Notes: a model not told the origin generated them from the letters alone. A stretch of 64,000 bases of DNA from an uncultured Pseudomonadota bacterium (GCA_963712965.1 CAVQJZ010000001.1:8966-72965), one strand, 5' to 3'; shown: positions 40,360 to 49,578, numbered from the stretch's first letter. Translations and numbers: made by a program.

Positions 40360-40468
40360 GCCTCTCCCCTTGGGGGAGAGGCAGCGCGCCGAAGTGACGA
40401 AGTCACATAGGCAAGCGGTGAGGGGTATTTGAAATTAAATTTTATTTTAAATAACCACCCTCACCCTA
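40360..40468. repeat. Cluster of REP-like hairpins in the arnC-arnD spacer
   Basis: GCCTCTCCCC-TTG-GGGGAGAGGC (40360-40382); GTGAC-GAA-GTCAC (40394-40406); GGTGAGGG...CCCTCACC (40417-40465). Confidence 0.7.
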
Positions 40469-40500
40469 CCCTCTCCCGCCAGCGGGAGAGGGGTTTTTTA
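40469..40500 (+). terminator. Intrinsic-terminator-like hairpin plus T-run between arnC and arnD
   Basis: CCCTCTCCCG-CCAG-CGGGAGAGGG followed by GTTTTTTA. Confidence 0.45.
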
Positions 40501-40524
40501 TTAAACATTAATTGAAACATCACT

Positions 40525-41430
40525 ATGACCACACTTTGTCTAAAAATCGATGTCGATACTGAACGCGGAACACGCATCGGCGTACCCAACTTATTAACGT
40601 TATTTTCTGAACTACATATTCCTGCTACGTTTTTATTTTCTTTAGGTCCGGACAATACAGGTCGCGCACTAAAAAGAATTTTTCGACCTGGGTTTTTAAA
40701 AAAAGTTTCACGCACCAGTGTTATTTCAACCTACGGTATTCGCACATTATTAAATGGCGTATTAATTCCCGGGCCACATATCGCCAAAAAACATGCGGCT
40801 ATTATGCGTGACACAAAAGCACAAGGTCATGAAGTCGGCATTCATTGTTATGATCATATTCGCTGGCAAGATGGTGTACATAAAATGTCGCCGGCGGAAG
40901 TCTCTGCCGAATTTGGCAAAGCATTAGCAAGCTTTGATCATGTATTTAATACACGCGCGCTCACGGCAGGCGCTGCTGGTTGGCAAGCCAATGATAAAAG
41001 TTTGCAAGCTTATGATGATGCGCACTTAACATATGCCAGCGATTGCCGCGGGAAAAATATATTTTTCCCAAAAACCAACAACACTATTTTTAAAACACCA
41101 CAAATTCCAACCACGCTACCTACATTAGATGAATTAGTAGGCCGCCCTGAATTTCCTGAACATCAATTAATTGATTATTACTTATCATTAATCAAACCTA
41201 ATCAATTAAATATCTTTACCATGCATGCGGAAATTGAAGGCATGGCAAAATTAGCTTGGTTCCGTGAATTTTTAATAAGGCTGCAAAAAAATCACATTGT
41301 TTTTCAAACCATGGAAACATTAGCGCGCGAATTATTACAACAACGTGACGCCATTCCAGTATGCGAATTTTTACAAGCTGAAGTGGATGGCCGTTCAGGC
41401 ACGTTGGCTGTACAAGGAGATTGCGCATGA
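40525..41430 (+). CDS. arnD: Polysaccharide-deacetylase-fold deformylase, ArnD-like
   Basis: LKIDVDTERGTRIGVPNLL...FLFSLGPDNTGRALKRIFRPGFL...HEVGIHCYDH aligns with my memory of E. coli ArnD. Confidence 0.8.
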   Translation: MTTLCLKIDVDTERGTRIGVPNLLTLFSELHIPATFLFSLGPDNTGRALKRIFRPGFLKKVSRTSVISTYGIRTLLNGVLIPGPHIAKKHAAIMRDTKAQGHEVGIHCYDHIRWQDGVHKMSPAEVSAEFGKALASFDHVFNTRALTAGAAGWQANDKSLQAYDDAHLTYASDCRGKNIFFPKTNNTIFKTPQIPTTLPTLDELVGRPEFPEHQLIDYYLSLIKPNQLNIFTMHAEIEGMAKLAWFREFLIRLQKNHIVFQTMETLARELLQQRDAIPVCEFLQAEVDGRSGTLAVQGDCA

Positions 41431-42269
41431 AAACAACAACGTTATTACGCCAATTAATTAACAGCAACACAACCACTCTCGCGCCTGGTGTATTTGATGG
41501 CTTATCCACATTATTAGCCAAACAGGCAGGATTCTCTGCCATTTATGCCAGTGGTGGTGCCATTTCTCGCAGTCATGGCTTGCCGGATTTAGGTTTATTA
41601 TCTCTTGCAGAAATCACACCTGTGTTATCCCATATTGTGCGCGCGGCTGAAAATATTCCGGTAATTGCCGACGCTGACACAGGATTTCATCACATCGCTG
41701 AAACGGTTCGTGCATTTACGAATGCAGGCGTTGCAGGATTACACATTGAAGATCAAACATTTCCTAAACGTTGCGGGCATTTAGATGACAAAACGTTAGT
41801 CAGCACCGATGAGATGTGCGACAAAATTCGCGCAGCAAAACATTCTTGCACCGATAAAGACTTTGTCATTATTGCACGCACCGATGCTATTAGTGTTGAA
41901 GGTTTTGACCAAGCTTTAACGCGCGCTCATGCGTACAGCAATGCAGGCGCAGATATGATTTTTATTGAAGCACCTGAATCCGTTGAACAGATTGAAAAAA
42001 TTGCTAAAGAAATTAAGACACCCAAACTCATTAATATGTTTTACGGCGGCAAAACACCTTTAGTTCCTATTAAGCGTTTACAAGAATTAGATTATCGCGT
42101 GGTGATTATTCCTTCAGATCTTCAACGCGCCGCTATCAAAGCCATGCAGAAAACTTTAGAAACAATTCATCGTGATGGCGATAGCAAAGCAATGGAATCA
42201 CAATTAACGACATTTAAAGAACGTGAAGCGATTATTGGCACAGAAAAATATCTACATAAAAATTGTTAA
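41427..42269 (+). CDS. Isocitrate lyase/PEP mutase superfamily enzyme (methylisocitrate-lyase-like, KRCGH loop)
   Basis: GVFDGLSTLLAKQAGF...ADADTGF...HIEDQTFPKRCGH...IARTDA. ATGA overlap with arnD and an AAGGAGA RBS. Confidence 0.75.
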   Translation: MKTTTLLRQLINSNTTTLAPGVFDGLSTLLAKQAGFSAIYASGGAISRSHGLPDLGLLSLAEITPVLSHIVRAAENIPVIADADTGFHHIAETVRAFTNAGVAGLHIEDQTFPKRCGHLDDKTLVSTDEMCDKIRAAKHSCTDKDFVIIARTDAISVEGFDQALTRAHAYSNAGADMIFIEAPESVEQIEKIAKEIKTPKLINMFYGGKTPLVPIKRLQELDYRVVIIPSDLQRAAIKAMQKTLETIHRDGDSKAMESQLTTFKEREAIIGTEKYLHKNC

Positions 42270-43388
42270 TAAATCATTCAAAAATCGACGCCCCAACAAT
42301 GTTGGCGCAAACGATTCTTCATCGCAAATCATCAACTGTTTTTGCACAGCTAACGCTAGCTTCGATTCAATATCTTGCTTACTTAAAAAAGTTCGTTCAG
42401 AAAATAGTTTATGCGTAATAGGTTTTTGTAACCGCAATGCATTTAACATAAATTCAAATGGCAATTGCGACTTCGCTACCACTGTTTTTTCAGCAACCAC
42501 ATTACTTGCTTCAAGATAATCTTTCGGATGTTTTATTTTCCAATAGCGCATAATGATTTGTTGCGTTGCATCAGTAATTTTTCCATGCGCGCCAGCACCA
42601 ATACCCAAATAATCCCCAAACTGCCAATAATTGATATTATGTTGGCATTCGTGATGTTCTTTGCAATATGCTGATACTTCATAATGCTGATAATTTTTAG
42701 CATTTAAATATTGAGCACCCTCTTCATTAATAGCGCCCAAAATATCTTCATTGGGTAACACCGGTGGTTTTTGGTAAAACAACGTATTGGGTTCGAGTGT
42801 TAATTGATACCAGGAAAGATGTGGCGGTAAAAAACCTACGGCTGTTTGCAAATCTGCCAATGCGTCATCTTTGGTTTGATCAGGCAATCCGTGCATTAAA
42901 TCTAAATTAAAATTGGTAAACCCTGCCTTTTTTGCCGCCATCACCGCACTTATTGCTGCAGACTGATCATGAATACGCCCTAGCGCTTTTAATTTTTGTG
43001 CATCAAAGCTTTGAATGCCAATGGATAATCGATTAATCCCTGCGGCGCGAAATCCTATAAAACGCGCTTCATCTACCGTACCAGGATTAGCTTCTAACGT
43101 GATTTCAATATCAGCATGTGCAAAATCAATTCTTTGTTGAATTTCTGTTAACAAATAACGAATAGATTCTGGAGAAAATAAACTTGGCGTACCGCCGCCC
43201 ATAAAAATACTGCTGATTTTTCGGTTTTTTACGCTATCCAATTCTTGCTCGAGATCGCGCAACAATACAGCAATATATTTTTTTTCTGGCAAATCTTCTC
43301 GCAAGGTATGCGAATTAAAATCACAATACGGACATTTTTTGACACACCAAGGAAAGTGGATGTAAAGCGCTAAGGGAATAGTAGACAT
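42252..43388 (-). CDS. hemW: Radical-SAM heme chaperone HemW (HemN-like, oxygen-independent coproporphyrinogen oxidase family)
   Basis: LYIHFPWCVKKCPYCDFNSH radical-SAM motif, about 378 aa. Confidence 0.88.
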   Translation of the reverse strand: MSTIPLALYIHFPWCVKKCPYCDFNSHTLREDLPEKKYIAVLLRDLEQELDSVKNRKISSIFMGGGTPSLFSPESIRYLLTEIQQRIDFAHADIEITLEANPGTVDEARFIGFRAAGINRLSIGIQSFDAQKLKALGRIHDQSAAISAVMAAKKAGFTNFNLDLMHGLPDQTKDDALADLQTAVGFLPPHLSWYQLTLEPNTLFYQKPPVLPNEDILGAINEEGAQYLNAKNYQHYEVSAYCKEHHECQHNINYWQFGDYLGIGAGAHGKITDATQQIIMRYWKIKHPKDYLEASNVVAEKTVVAKSQLPFEFMLNALRLQKPITHKLFSERTFLSKQDIESKLALAVQKQLMICDEESFAPTLLGRRFLNDLLTIFM

Positions 43389-44473
43389 TATTGTGAAATC
43401 TTAAGCTCCAACCCTCGGCGATAATTGTCCAATGCTTGCGTGCTATCACCTAATTTTTCTTCTAATTGCGCAGCCGCTACATACGTTTGTGGCATCGGTT
43501 TAATACGCAGGCTCGATGCAAAATAACTGCGTGCTTTGCCCCATAACTGCAAACTCACACACAACTGGCCAAGCAATAATAATAAATCAGCGCCTTCACC
43601 TTGTTCTTTTAACACCGCCTCATTTTTTTCCAACAAATGCTCTTTATTTTTTTGATCCAGTCTTGGCAAATAAAGAATTAAAAAAGCGGGTATAGCACGG
43701 CATTCTTTCGGAATACGTTCCCACACAATAGTTGCCGCATCACCGGGTTGCTTTAACGCTGTTTTTAATAAGCCTAAATAAACATCATGGCGCAATAGTT
43801 GCCATTCACGATCAGGCAATACATTTCGCTTTTTTAATTCAGGCAATAACGTTTCTAGCTGACCCCAGTCACTTAAACGACGATAGGTTTTTGCCAACAA
43901 ATATAATACGGGCACATGTTTGGGCGCCAAATGTTGTAATCGTTGCAACACCGCTAACGCACGCTCCAATTGTTTTTCGGCCAAATACAATTCGACTTGT
44001 GTTAATCCAACGGCCAATTCAGTTATCGCTGTGGGTGTTTTAATACGCGACAAATAATCATCGCGCTCAACTAAATGATGCTGCAATTGCGCAGCACGCG
44101 CTGCCGCCAAATAATTGATCAGTGGCGCTTCAGTGAAAGGTGCCGCACGCAATAAATCTTTTTGCGCCTTTGCATAATCACCCGCCGCTAACGAAATCAA
44201 CCCACGATGCGTGCGAATCCATGCACGCCTCACTCTTCGGGTACGTGACCACGAACGTAATTTAGCACCTAATGAAAATACATTACTCAAGAAACGTAAT
44301 GAGAAATATAACGCGATAAAAATAAAAATTAAGGACAATGCGGCAAACCACAATGGCATCTGAATAGTATTTTTTTGATACGCAATTAAAAGATAACCAG
44401 GATTGGCGGCAATTTTTAACCCGGCCCACACAGCGACTAATAAAATGAGAAAACAGATAAAAAGTCGTTTCAT
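43388..44473 (-). CDS. hemY: HemY (membrane-anchored TPR protein of the hem cluster)
   Basis: MKRLFICFLILLVAVWAGL plus a second TM and RRVRRAW, then TPR-like repeats. Follows hemX as in hemCDXY. Confidence 0.8.
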   Translation of the reverse strand: MKRLFICFLILLVAVWAGLKIAANPGYLLIAYQKNTIQMPLWFAALSLIFIFIALYFSLRFLSNVFSLGAKLRSWSRTRRVRRAWIRTHRGLISLAAGDYAKAQKDLLRAAPFTEAPLINYLAAARAAQLQHHLVERDDYLSRIKTPTAITELAVGLTQVELYLAEKQLERALAVLQRLQHLAPKHVPVLYLLAKTYRRLSDWGQLETLLPELKKRNVLPDREWQLLRHDVYLGLLKTALKQPGDAATIVWERIPKECRAIPAFLILYLPRLDQKNKEHLLEKNEAVLKEQGEGADLLLLLGQLCVSLQLWGKARSYFASSLRIKPMPQTYVAAAQLEEKLGDSTQALDNYRRGLELKISQ

Positions 44474-44474
44474 G

Positions 44475-45410
44475 TTACGCCACCCCATGAGGGAGCGTGG
44501 CTAATGTGGCATTCAAATCCGGCAATGCAGGCGCAATGTCAATGGCACGCAATGCATCGATTTGTTTTAAGAAGGTTTGTGTGGGCGCTGAATTTTGCAC
44601 ATAGAATTTTTTTGTCCAGTCTTCTACTTTCGTTAAACTTTGCTGATAAACCGCTGGCTGATAATTTAATAACGCCCACTGCGCTTGCATTAATTGCAAT
44701 TCTAAATTTTGTTGCAAATAGATACGCTGTTCAGGCGTTAAAATAGCCGGCATTAATTCTTCTTGATGCGTCACCACAACCAATGCCTTAAACGACGCTT
44801 TGACATTATCCCACGCGCGCTGAAACCATTTTTTATGTTCCGTTACACCTTGAGGAAAAGCGGGCATAGTTGCAGGCGGCGCGACCAAAATAGACAAACC
44901 CGGAATTTGATCACGCAATTGCGAAAATTGTGCAAACAAACCACTTATATTCACGACTGGCAAATTAGTGAGCGTGACAATATTTTGCGCCAAATGTTGT
45001 TGAAAATCTGACAACGTAGGATCTTGTAACTCCGTTACTAATTGTTGCGCTTGTTTTAACAAAATTAAAGCTTGGACAACAGAATGATTAGTCGTTAATT
45101 GAATTTGCGCCAAACGCACCAGATAAGCAATTTCATTAATTTTCCATTGCGTTACATCACGTGCTGAAATTTTTTCGAGTGTAGCTTGTTGTTGCGTTAA
45201 TGTTTGATTGGCTTGATTGATTTGCTGCGTAAGATCGGTCACCGTTTTATTTTGCGCATCTTGTTGTTGATCAAATTCATGATGCACTTTATGTAATTCA
45301 TGCGACAATTGTCGATACTGCCAAGCTAAAAAACCCACGCCAATCAATGCGATTAAAATTAACAAGCTCAGTAAGGTTAACCCACGCTTGGATTGCGGCG
45401 CATTATCCAT
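44475..45410 (-). CDS. hemX: HemX (uroporphyrinogen-III C-methyltransferase-like membrane protein)
   Basis: An N-terminal TM then a Gln-rich coiled coil, positioned between hemD and hemY. Confidence 0.75.
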   Translation of the reverse strand: MDNAPQSKRGLTLLSLLILIALIGVGFLAWQYRQLSHELHKVHHEFDQQQDAQNKTVTDLTQQINQANQTLTQQQATLEKISARDVTQWKINEIAYLVRLAQIQLTTNHSVVQALILLKQAQQLVTELQDPTLSDFQQHLAQNIVTLTNLPVVNISGLFAQFSQLRDQIPGLSILVAPPATMPAFPQGVTEHKKWFQRAWDNVKASFKALVVVTHQEELMPAILTPEQRIYLQQNLELQLMQAQWALLNYQPAVYQQSLTKVEDWTKKFYVQNSAPTQTFLKQIDALRAIDIAPALPDLNATLATLPHGVA

Positions 45411-46122
45411 GTGATCTCTTCCCTTTTAAGGTCAACAAAGTCGTCAAGATTGCCTCATCCGTAGCATTGCTGGCAAGTATTATTGGGCCACCAAAACCCT
45501 CTTGCTTTGCTAAACGTTTAATTGCTTGGCTACTGACTAATAACATCTTTTGTTTTAAAGCTTTTGCGTCGCATACAAATAATTGGCATAAATTATTTAA
45601 TGCTTCTTGGCTCGTGATAACAATCACATCGATGGATACCAATTCAGGCAATGTGTTGGGTGTCGGCAACACACGCTGATACAATATTGCTTCTGCGACA
45701 TGGGCACCACGTGCGCGCAACGTTTTAGTTATATTATCTGCTTGTCCACCTGCGCCACGACACAATAAGACTTTTTGATTTTGCACATGCTGCAATGATT
45801 CAAGCGCAAGCAAGCTTTCACTGTTGAATTTTTTTGGTGTAACCACACTACCCCAATTTTTTTGAGTTATAGCATTTGCCGTACCTGAACCAATAGCAAA
45901 AAATTCTACTGCTTTTGGCCAATGCCATTGGTAATGGACTGCTTTTTCAACCGCGATGGGACTTGTGAAAATAACTTTTTGAAAAGACGACGAAAAATTA
46001 TCAACGCGTGGCGCGTCAATAATCTTAATCGCAGGGAAAATAATGGATGAAATATGATTTTGCTTGAGCAAGTCACTTAACTTTTGTGCTTGCTCTTGAG
46101 GGCGTGTGATTAAAACGTACAA
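45403..46122 (-). CDS. hemD: Uroporphyrinogen-III synthase
   Basis: YVLITRPQEQAQKLSDLL... typical HemD start, 8-nt overlap with hemX. The start is uncertain (TTG 46122 proposed). The upstream 36 codons of the track ORF translate a MITE-like repeat (SFPRKRESS...). Confidence 0.8.
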   Translation of the reverse strand: MYVLITRPQEQAQKLSDLLKQNHISSIIFPAIKIIDAPRVDNFSSSFQKVIFTSPIAVEKAVHYQWHWPKAVEFFAIGSGTANAITQKNWGSVVTPKKFNSESLLALESLQHVQNQKVLLCRGAGGQADNITKTLRARGAHVAEAILYQRVLPTPNTLPELVSIDVIVITSQEALNNLCQLFVCDAKALKQKMLLVSSQAIKRLAKQEGFGGPIILASNATDEAILTTLLTLKGKRSHG

Positions 46123-46143
46123 ATGTTTATTCCCACATAATTT

Positions 46144-46228
46144 GTCATCCCGGAATCCAGCAATATCACACAATGTAGGGGCACGATGCATCGTGCCCCT
46201 ACTGGATTCCCGCTTTCGCGGGAATGAC
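46144..46228. repeat. MITE/REP-like nested palindromic element (GTCAT...ATGAC termini), variant C
   Basis: GTCATCCCGGAATCCAG...GTAGGGGCACGATGCATCGTGCCCCTAC...TGGATTCCCGCTTTCGCGGGAATGAC. Confidence 0.8.
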
Positions 46229-46239
46229 ACGAGATGGAA

Positions 46240-46446
46240 TTATTTAATCTTCCCTTCTTCAAACAACACATGCATACCGTTTTTACCGGTTTCTTTATTA
46301 AATGCACGCGCATCAAATTTGCTTAATTTTAATTTCTCACCTTTCTTAGGCGATTTTTGCGTGGTGTAAAACGTACCTGTTTTACTACCTGCTTCGGTCG
46401 TTCCAGTAGAAACTAATCGAATTTTTTGAATTTTAGACTTTGCCAT
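46240..46446 (-). CDS. rpmG: 50S ribosomal protein L33 (long, Cys-less variant, 68 aa)
   Basis: MAKSKIQKIRLVS...FYTTQK...KLKLSKFD...EEGKIK matches the L33 framework with two short insertions relative to E. coli L33 as I recall it. Confidence 0.88.
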   Translation of the reverse strand: MAKSKIQKIRLVSTGTTEAGSKTGTFYTTQKSPKKGEKLKLSKFDARAFNKETGKNGMHVLFEEGKIK

Positions 46447-46465
46447 AATAAAAACCTTACATTAA

Positions 46466-46678
46466 TTAATCGCTTAACGCTGCTTCAAGACCAACTTTAT
46501 CAATAATACGCAACCCATGACTGGAGATGCGAACCGTGATAAAACGATTTTGTGCTTCGGACCAAAGTCTACGTTTTTGCAAATTAGGCAAAAAACGGCG
46601 CTTAGCTTTGCGGTTAGAATGCGAAACGGTGTTACCCGACATAGGGCCTTTTTTAGTCACCTGACATACACGACTCAT
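46466..46678 (-). CDS. rpmB: 50S ribosomal protein L28
   Basis: [34 protein letters not shown]...; GAGGAG RBS before ATG 46678. Confidence 0.95.
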   Translation of the reverse strand: MSRVCQVTKKGPMSGNTVSHSNRKAKRRFLPNLQKRRLWSEAQNRFITVRISSHGLRIIDKVGLEAALSD

Positions 46679-46705
46679 AATTTCTTCTCCTCGAACGAGC
46701 CCGGC

Positions 46706-46734
46706 TTTATACCAAAAAGGCTTAGTAACAGCAA
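46706..46734 (-). promoter_or_regulatory. Sigma70-like promoter for rpmB-rpmG (TTGCTG-17 bp-TATAAA)
   Basis: Read on the minus strand, about 28 nt upstream of the rpmB ATG. Confidence 0.35.
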
Positions 46735-46772
46735 CACTCTTTGCTATGATTGATTTTTTAATGGAACCCCAC

Positions 46773-47231
46773 ATGCAAAAAAGCATCCAACTCAAAATTC
46801 TCGACCCACGCATCGGCAAAGAATTCCCTTTGCCAGAATACGCCACACATGCCTCTGCTGGCCTTGATCTGCGCGCTTGCCTTGACGCACCCCTGGAACT
46901 TCTTCCTCAATCAACAAACCTCATACCGACCGGCATTGCCGTTTATATGGAAGATCCCAATATCACAGCGGTCATCCTACCTCGCTCCGGCTTGGGTCAT
47001 AAACATGGCATTATTTTGGGGAATAGCGTGGGCTTAATTGATGCTGACTACCAAGGACAATTATTGATTTCTTGCTGGAACCGCAGCCAAGATCATTTTA
47101 CCGTGCAACCTGGCGATCGCATTGCACAATTAGTTTTCGTACCGATCATCCGTACTCAATTTGATATTGTAAATGAATTTCATCCCACTCAACGTGGTGA
47201 TGGTGGTTTTGGGCATTCAGGAAAAAATTAA
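46773..47231 (+). CDS. dut: dUTP diphosphatase
   Basis: [15 protein letters not shown]...[12 protein letters not shown]...[10 protein letters not shown]...GLIDADYQG...[10 protein letters not shown]. Confidence 0.96.
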   Translation: MQKSIQLKILDPRIGKEFPLPEYATHASAGLDLRACLDAPLELLPQSTNLIPTGIAVYMEDPNITAVILPRSGLGHKHGIILGNSVGLIDADYQGQLLISCWNRSQDHFTVQPGDRIAQLVFVPIIRTQFDIVNEFHPTQRGDGGFGHSGKN

Positions 47232-47704
47232 TTTTTTTGCAGTACTGGTCTAGCAACTGCATTTTTTAATTCATCAAGGAAAAGTTTATACAGCTCTTCA
47301 TCTTCTCCCGCTAATTCTTCTAACCTATCTTGAATACTTTCTCTGCAACGCTTAATTGCAACAGCTAAAACAGGGCGAACAGAATCTTCTGGACATTTAT
47401 CATATGCAGCTGAAGCAATTTTAAGCGCTTCACCCATAACATTTAATTTTTTTAATAACTCTTCGGCTTCTACTGTAATTTTGGCGTCAGTAGCAGATCG
47501 AAAATCATATGTAGCATCCAAAACATATTGAATAGCTTTTGCTGGAGCTGAAGAATTTAAGGGATGGTCAGTTTCATTAAATGCTCTAGATAACTTTTCC
47601 AGCGCGGTAGTTTTAAGAACACCTTCGAATCCTACAAAATGATTAGGATACGGCTCTAATGGAGCTGAAAACATTATGTGAACACTCTTGCCAACTTCAT
47701 CCAT
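47228..47704 (-). CDS. Orphan acidic helical protein, 158 aa, divergent from the kinase gene
   Basis: AGGAGG RBS and a TATACT -10-like hexamer upstream. No recognisable domain. Confidence 0.6.
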   Translation of the reverse strand: MDEVGKSVHIMFSAPLEPYPNHFVGFEGVLKTTALEKLSRAFNETDHPLNSSAPAKAIQYVLDATYDFRSATDAKITVEAEELLKKLNVMGEALKIASAAYDKCPEDSVRPVLAVAIKRCRESIQDRLEELAGEDEELYKLFLDELKNAVARPVLQKN

Positions 47705-47835
47705 AACCCCTCCTAACGTCTTACTACCAGTATAGCAACAATCTCAAATTATGCTGAAAACTCGTATCTAACCCAGCAACCCCCTTTTTTCTTACTATAA
47801 TTTAACAGGTCACTCAAGAACAACCGAGGTGTGGC

Positions 47836-49578
47836 ATGAGCGTGAACAATAGGGAAAAACTAAAAGAGTTTTTTAAAGCCCGCAAAGCCGCGAGGGACAG
47901 CGCTGCAGCAACAGAAGTCACTAGTGCCCCACTAATTACTGCGGAACCCATAGCAGAATACGCAGAAAATACAGCAGGAACGTTATCTGTCAATGAAAGC
48001 GAAGAACTTTCTGCAAGTGAAGAATTTGTTGAAGAAGAGCAAGAGGAAGAAGAAACTGCAGACGTACCCAAAGATCTTTCTATTATTAAAAAATTAGGTG
48101 AAGGACATTTCGCCAAGGTTTTCTTGTGTAAATATACTGGTGATGATCAAAAAGTTAAAAATCTTTGCATTCATGGCGAAAATGATCAATTACTTATTGC
48201 GGCAAAAGTTTTTAAAGCGGTGCCAAAAAAAGACAATGAATCTGACGGTGATTACCAAAAAAGACTGCAGGAAATTGAAAAACAAAATGAACATGAAGCA
48301 AACCTTAATGAATTTCTCAATGAAAAAAAACAAGAAAATCCTGACAAAGCAAGATTTGTCACTGGCATGGGAATAAGAGAAAACGGCAAACTAAAAGCCA
48401 TCTTGAGCCAATTTGTTGTATATGACCAAAAAGAACTTTTTTCATCTGACCTGGCATCGCACTTACATGAAAAAGTACAAAACCGTAACTTCGAAGGCCG
48501 CGCTTACAAAGAAGATATTGGCACAACCGTTGCGCTATTTTGCAATGGTGTAGCTAATGCCCAAGATGATCTCAATAATGCCGATGTTTTACATTCAGAT
48601 ACAGCGGCTAGAAACTTTTTAGTTGGGCCAGATAAATCTGTTGTCATTGCTGATTATGGATTATCTCAAAGACTGATGGGTCGCGATGTCATCTCACCAA
48701 TTCCTAATGCCCCACTACCTGGACGCACAACAGATTACTCCACTTGGGTTGATCGTGAATCTTCAAAGTCTTCAGACAGATTTGCGCGCAAAGCAACTTT
48801 TACGGGATTAGCCGGATTAGGACTCGGCAATCGTTATGAAAGAGATACACAACTTCTTGATTCGACAACAATCAACTTTAAAGAAACAGGCTTTCCTCAT
48901 TTCGTAGCGGAAAGATTTGGCACAAAGCTCCCTGATGGCACTAAAACACTCGCCAATTGCAAAGATGATAATCTCACACTGAGCAGATATGACGAAAATC
49001 TTCGCGCACAACTTGAGAAGTGCCCCGACCCTGCTGTAAAAGAAGAATTAGGTCGTTTTGCTATGTGTTACCACAATTATAATACGCGCATGCCCGACTC
49101 AAAGATTCCTATGCAAGAAGCACTTGCAAAGGATAATCTATTACTACAAGAAGCAAACAAGATGTACGTTACAACAACGCTTGCAGCGAAAGAAAAACAA
49201 ACAAATACTTTATCTGATATTGAACACACGCTAACAACTACCAATCAATTATTAGCACTTGATACAGGCGATAAAACCAACTCTCAAATAGTAAAAACTT
49301 ACAAAAACATGCTCGATAAGATTGAAGCTGATATTGTTACAAACAAAGGCACCATTACACCAGAAAATGCTAAAGCACTTGCAAGCTTCAAAAAGCGTAT
49401 AGAGATTCCAAGAAACCATCCTTCAACTGACCAAGAAACAAAAAAACAATTCAATGCATTGTATGTCGAAGCTCTCAGTCTCGAAAATTCAGAGTTGCGA
49501 AAATCAATAGCAGCTACTGCAAAAGGGAATAACCTTATTGAACCCGCTCCAAGTAAGCGCCAAACACTAAGAAGATAA
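47836..49578 (+). CDS. Eukaryotic-like protein kinase (non-RD, tyrosine-kinase-like catalytic loop) with an acidic N-terminal leader and a helical C-terminal domain of about 270 aa. Candidate Dot/Icm effector.
   Basis: G-loop LGEGHFAKV, beta3 Lys in LIAAKVFK, catalytic loop LHSDTAARNFLV, Mg-binding VIADYGLS. Acidic run EEFVEEEQEEEE. Confidence 0.8.
   Translation: MSVNNREKLKEFFKARKAARDSAAATEVTSAPLITAEPIAEYAENTAGTLSVNESEELSASEEFVEEEQEEEETADVPKDLSIIKKLGEGHFAKVFLCKYTGDDQKVKNLCIHGENDQLLIAAKVFKAVPKKDNESDGDYQKRLQEIEKQNEHEANLNEFLNEKKQENPDKARFVTGMGIRENGKLKAILSQFVVYDQKELFSSDLASHLHEKVQNRNFEGRAYKEDIGTTVALFCNGVANAQDDLNNADVLHSDTAARNFLVGPDKSVVIADYGLSQRLMGRDVISPIPNAPLPGRTTDYSTWVDRESSKSSDRFARKATFTGLAGLGLGNRYERDTQLLDSTTINFKETGFPHFVAERFGTKLPDGTKTLANCKDDNLTLSRYDENLRAQLEKCPDPAVKEELGRFAMCYHNYNTRMPDSKIPMQEALAKDNLLLQEANKMYVTTTLAAKEKQTNTLSDIEHTLTTTNQLLALDTGDKTNSQIVKTYKNMLDKIEADIVTNKGTITPENAKALASFKKRIEIPRNHPSTDQETKKQFNALYVEALSLENSELRKSIAATAKGNNLIEPAPSKRQTLRR

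Noticed and set aside
41427-42269. The ICL/PEP-mutase-family gene next to arnD as the start of a phosphonate (PEP mutase) decoration pathway.
   Set aside because: The active-site loop is EDQ..KRCGH, the lyase (isocitrate/methylisocitrate lyase) signature. It is not the PEP-mutase EDK.....NS motif, and no phosphonopyruvate decarboxylase is adjacent.
47790-47835. CTTACTATAATTTAACAGG upstream of the kinase gene looked like a degenerate tandem repeat.
   Set aside because: The period is 10 and no TAnACT hexamer follows at 7-8 bp. The embedded TATAAT is more simply an ordinary -10.
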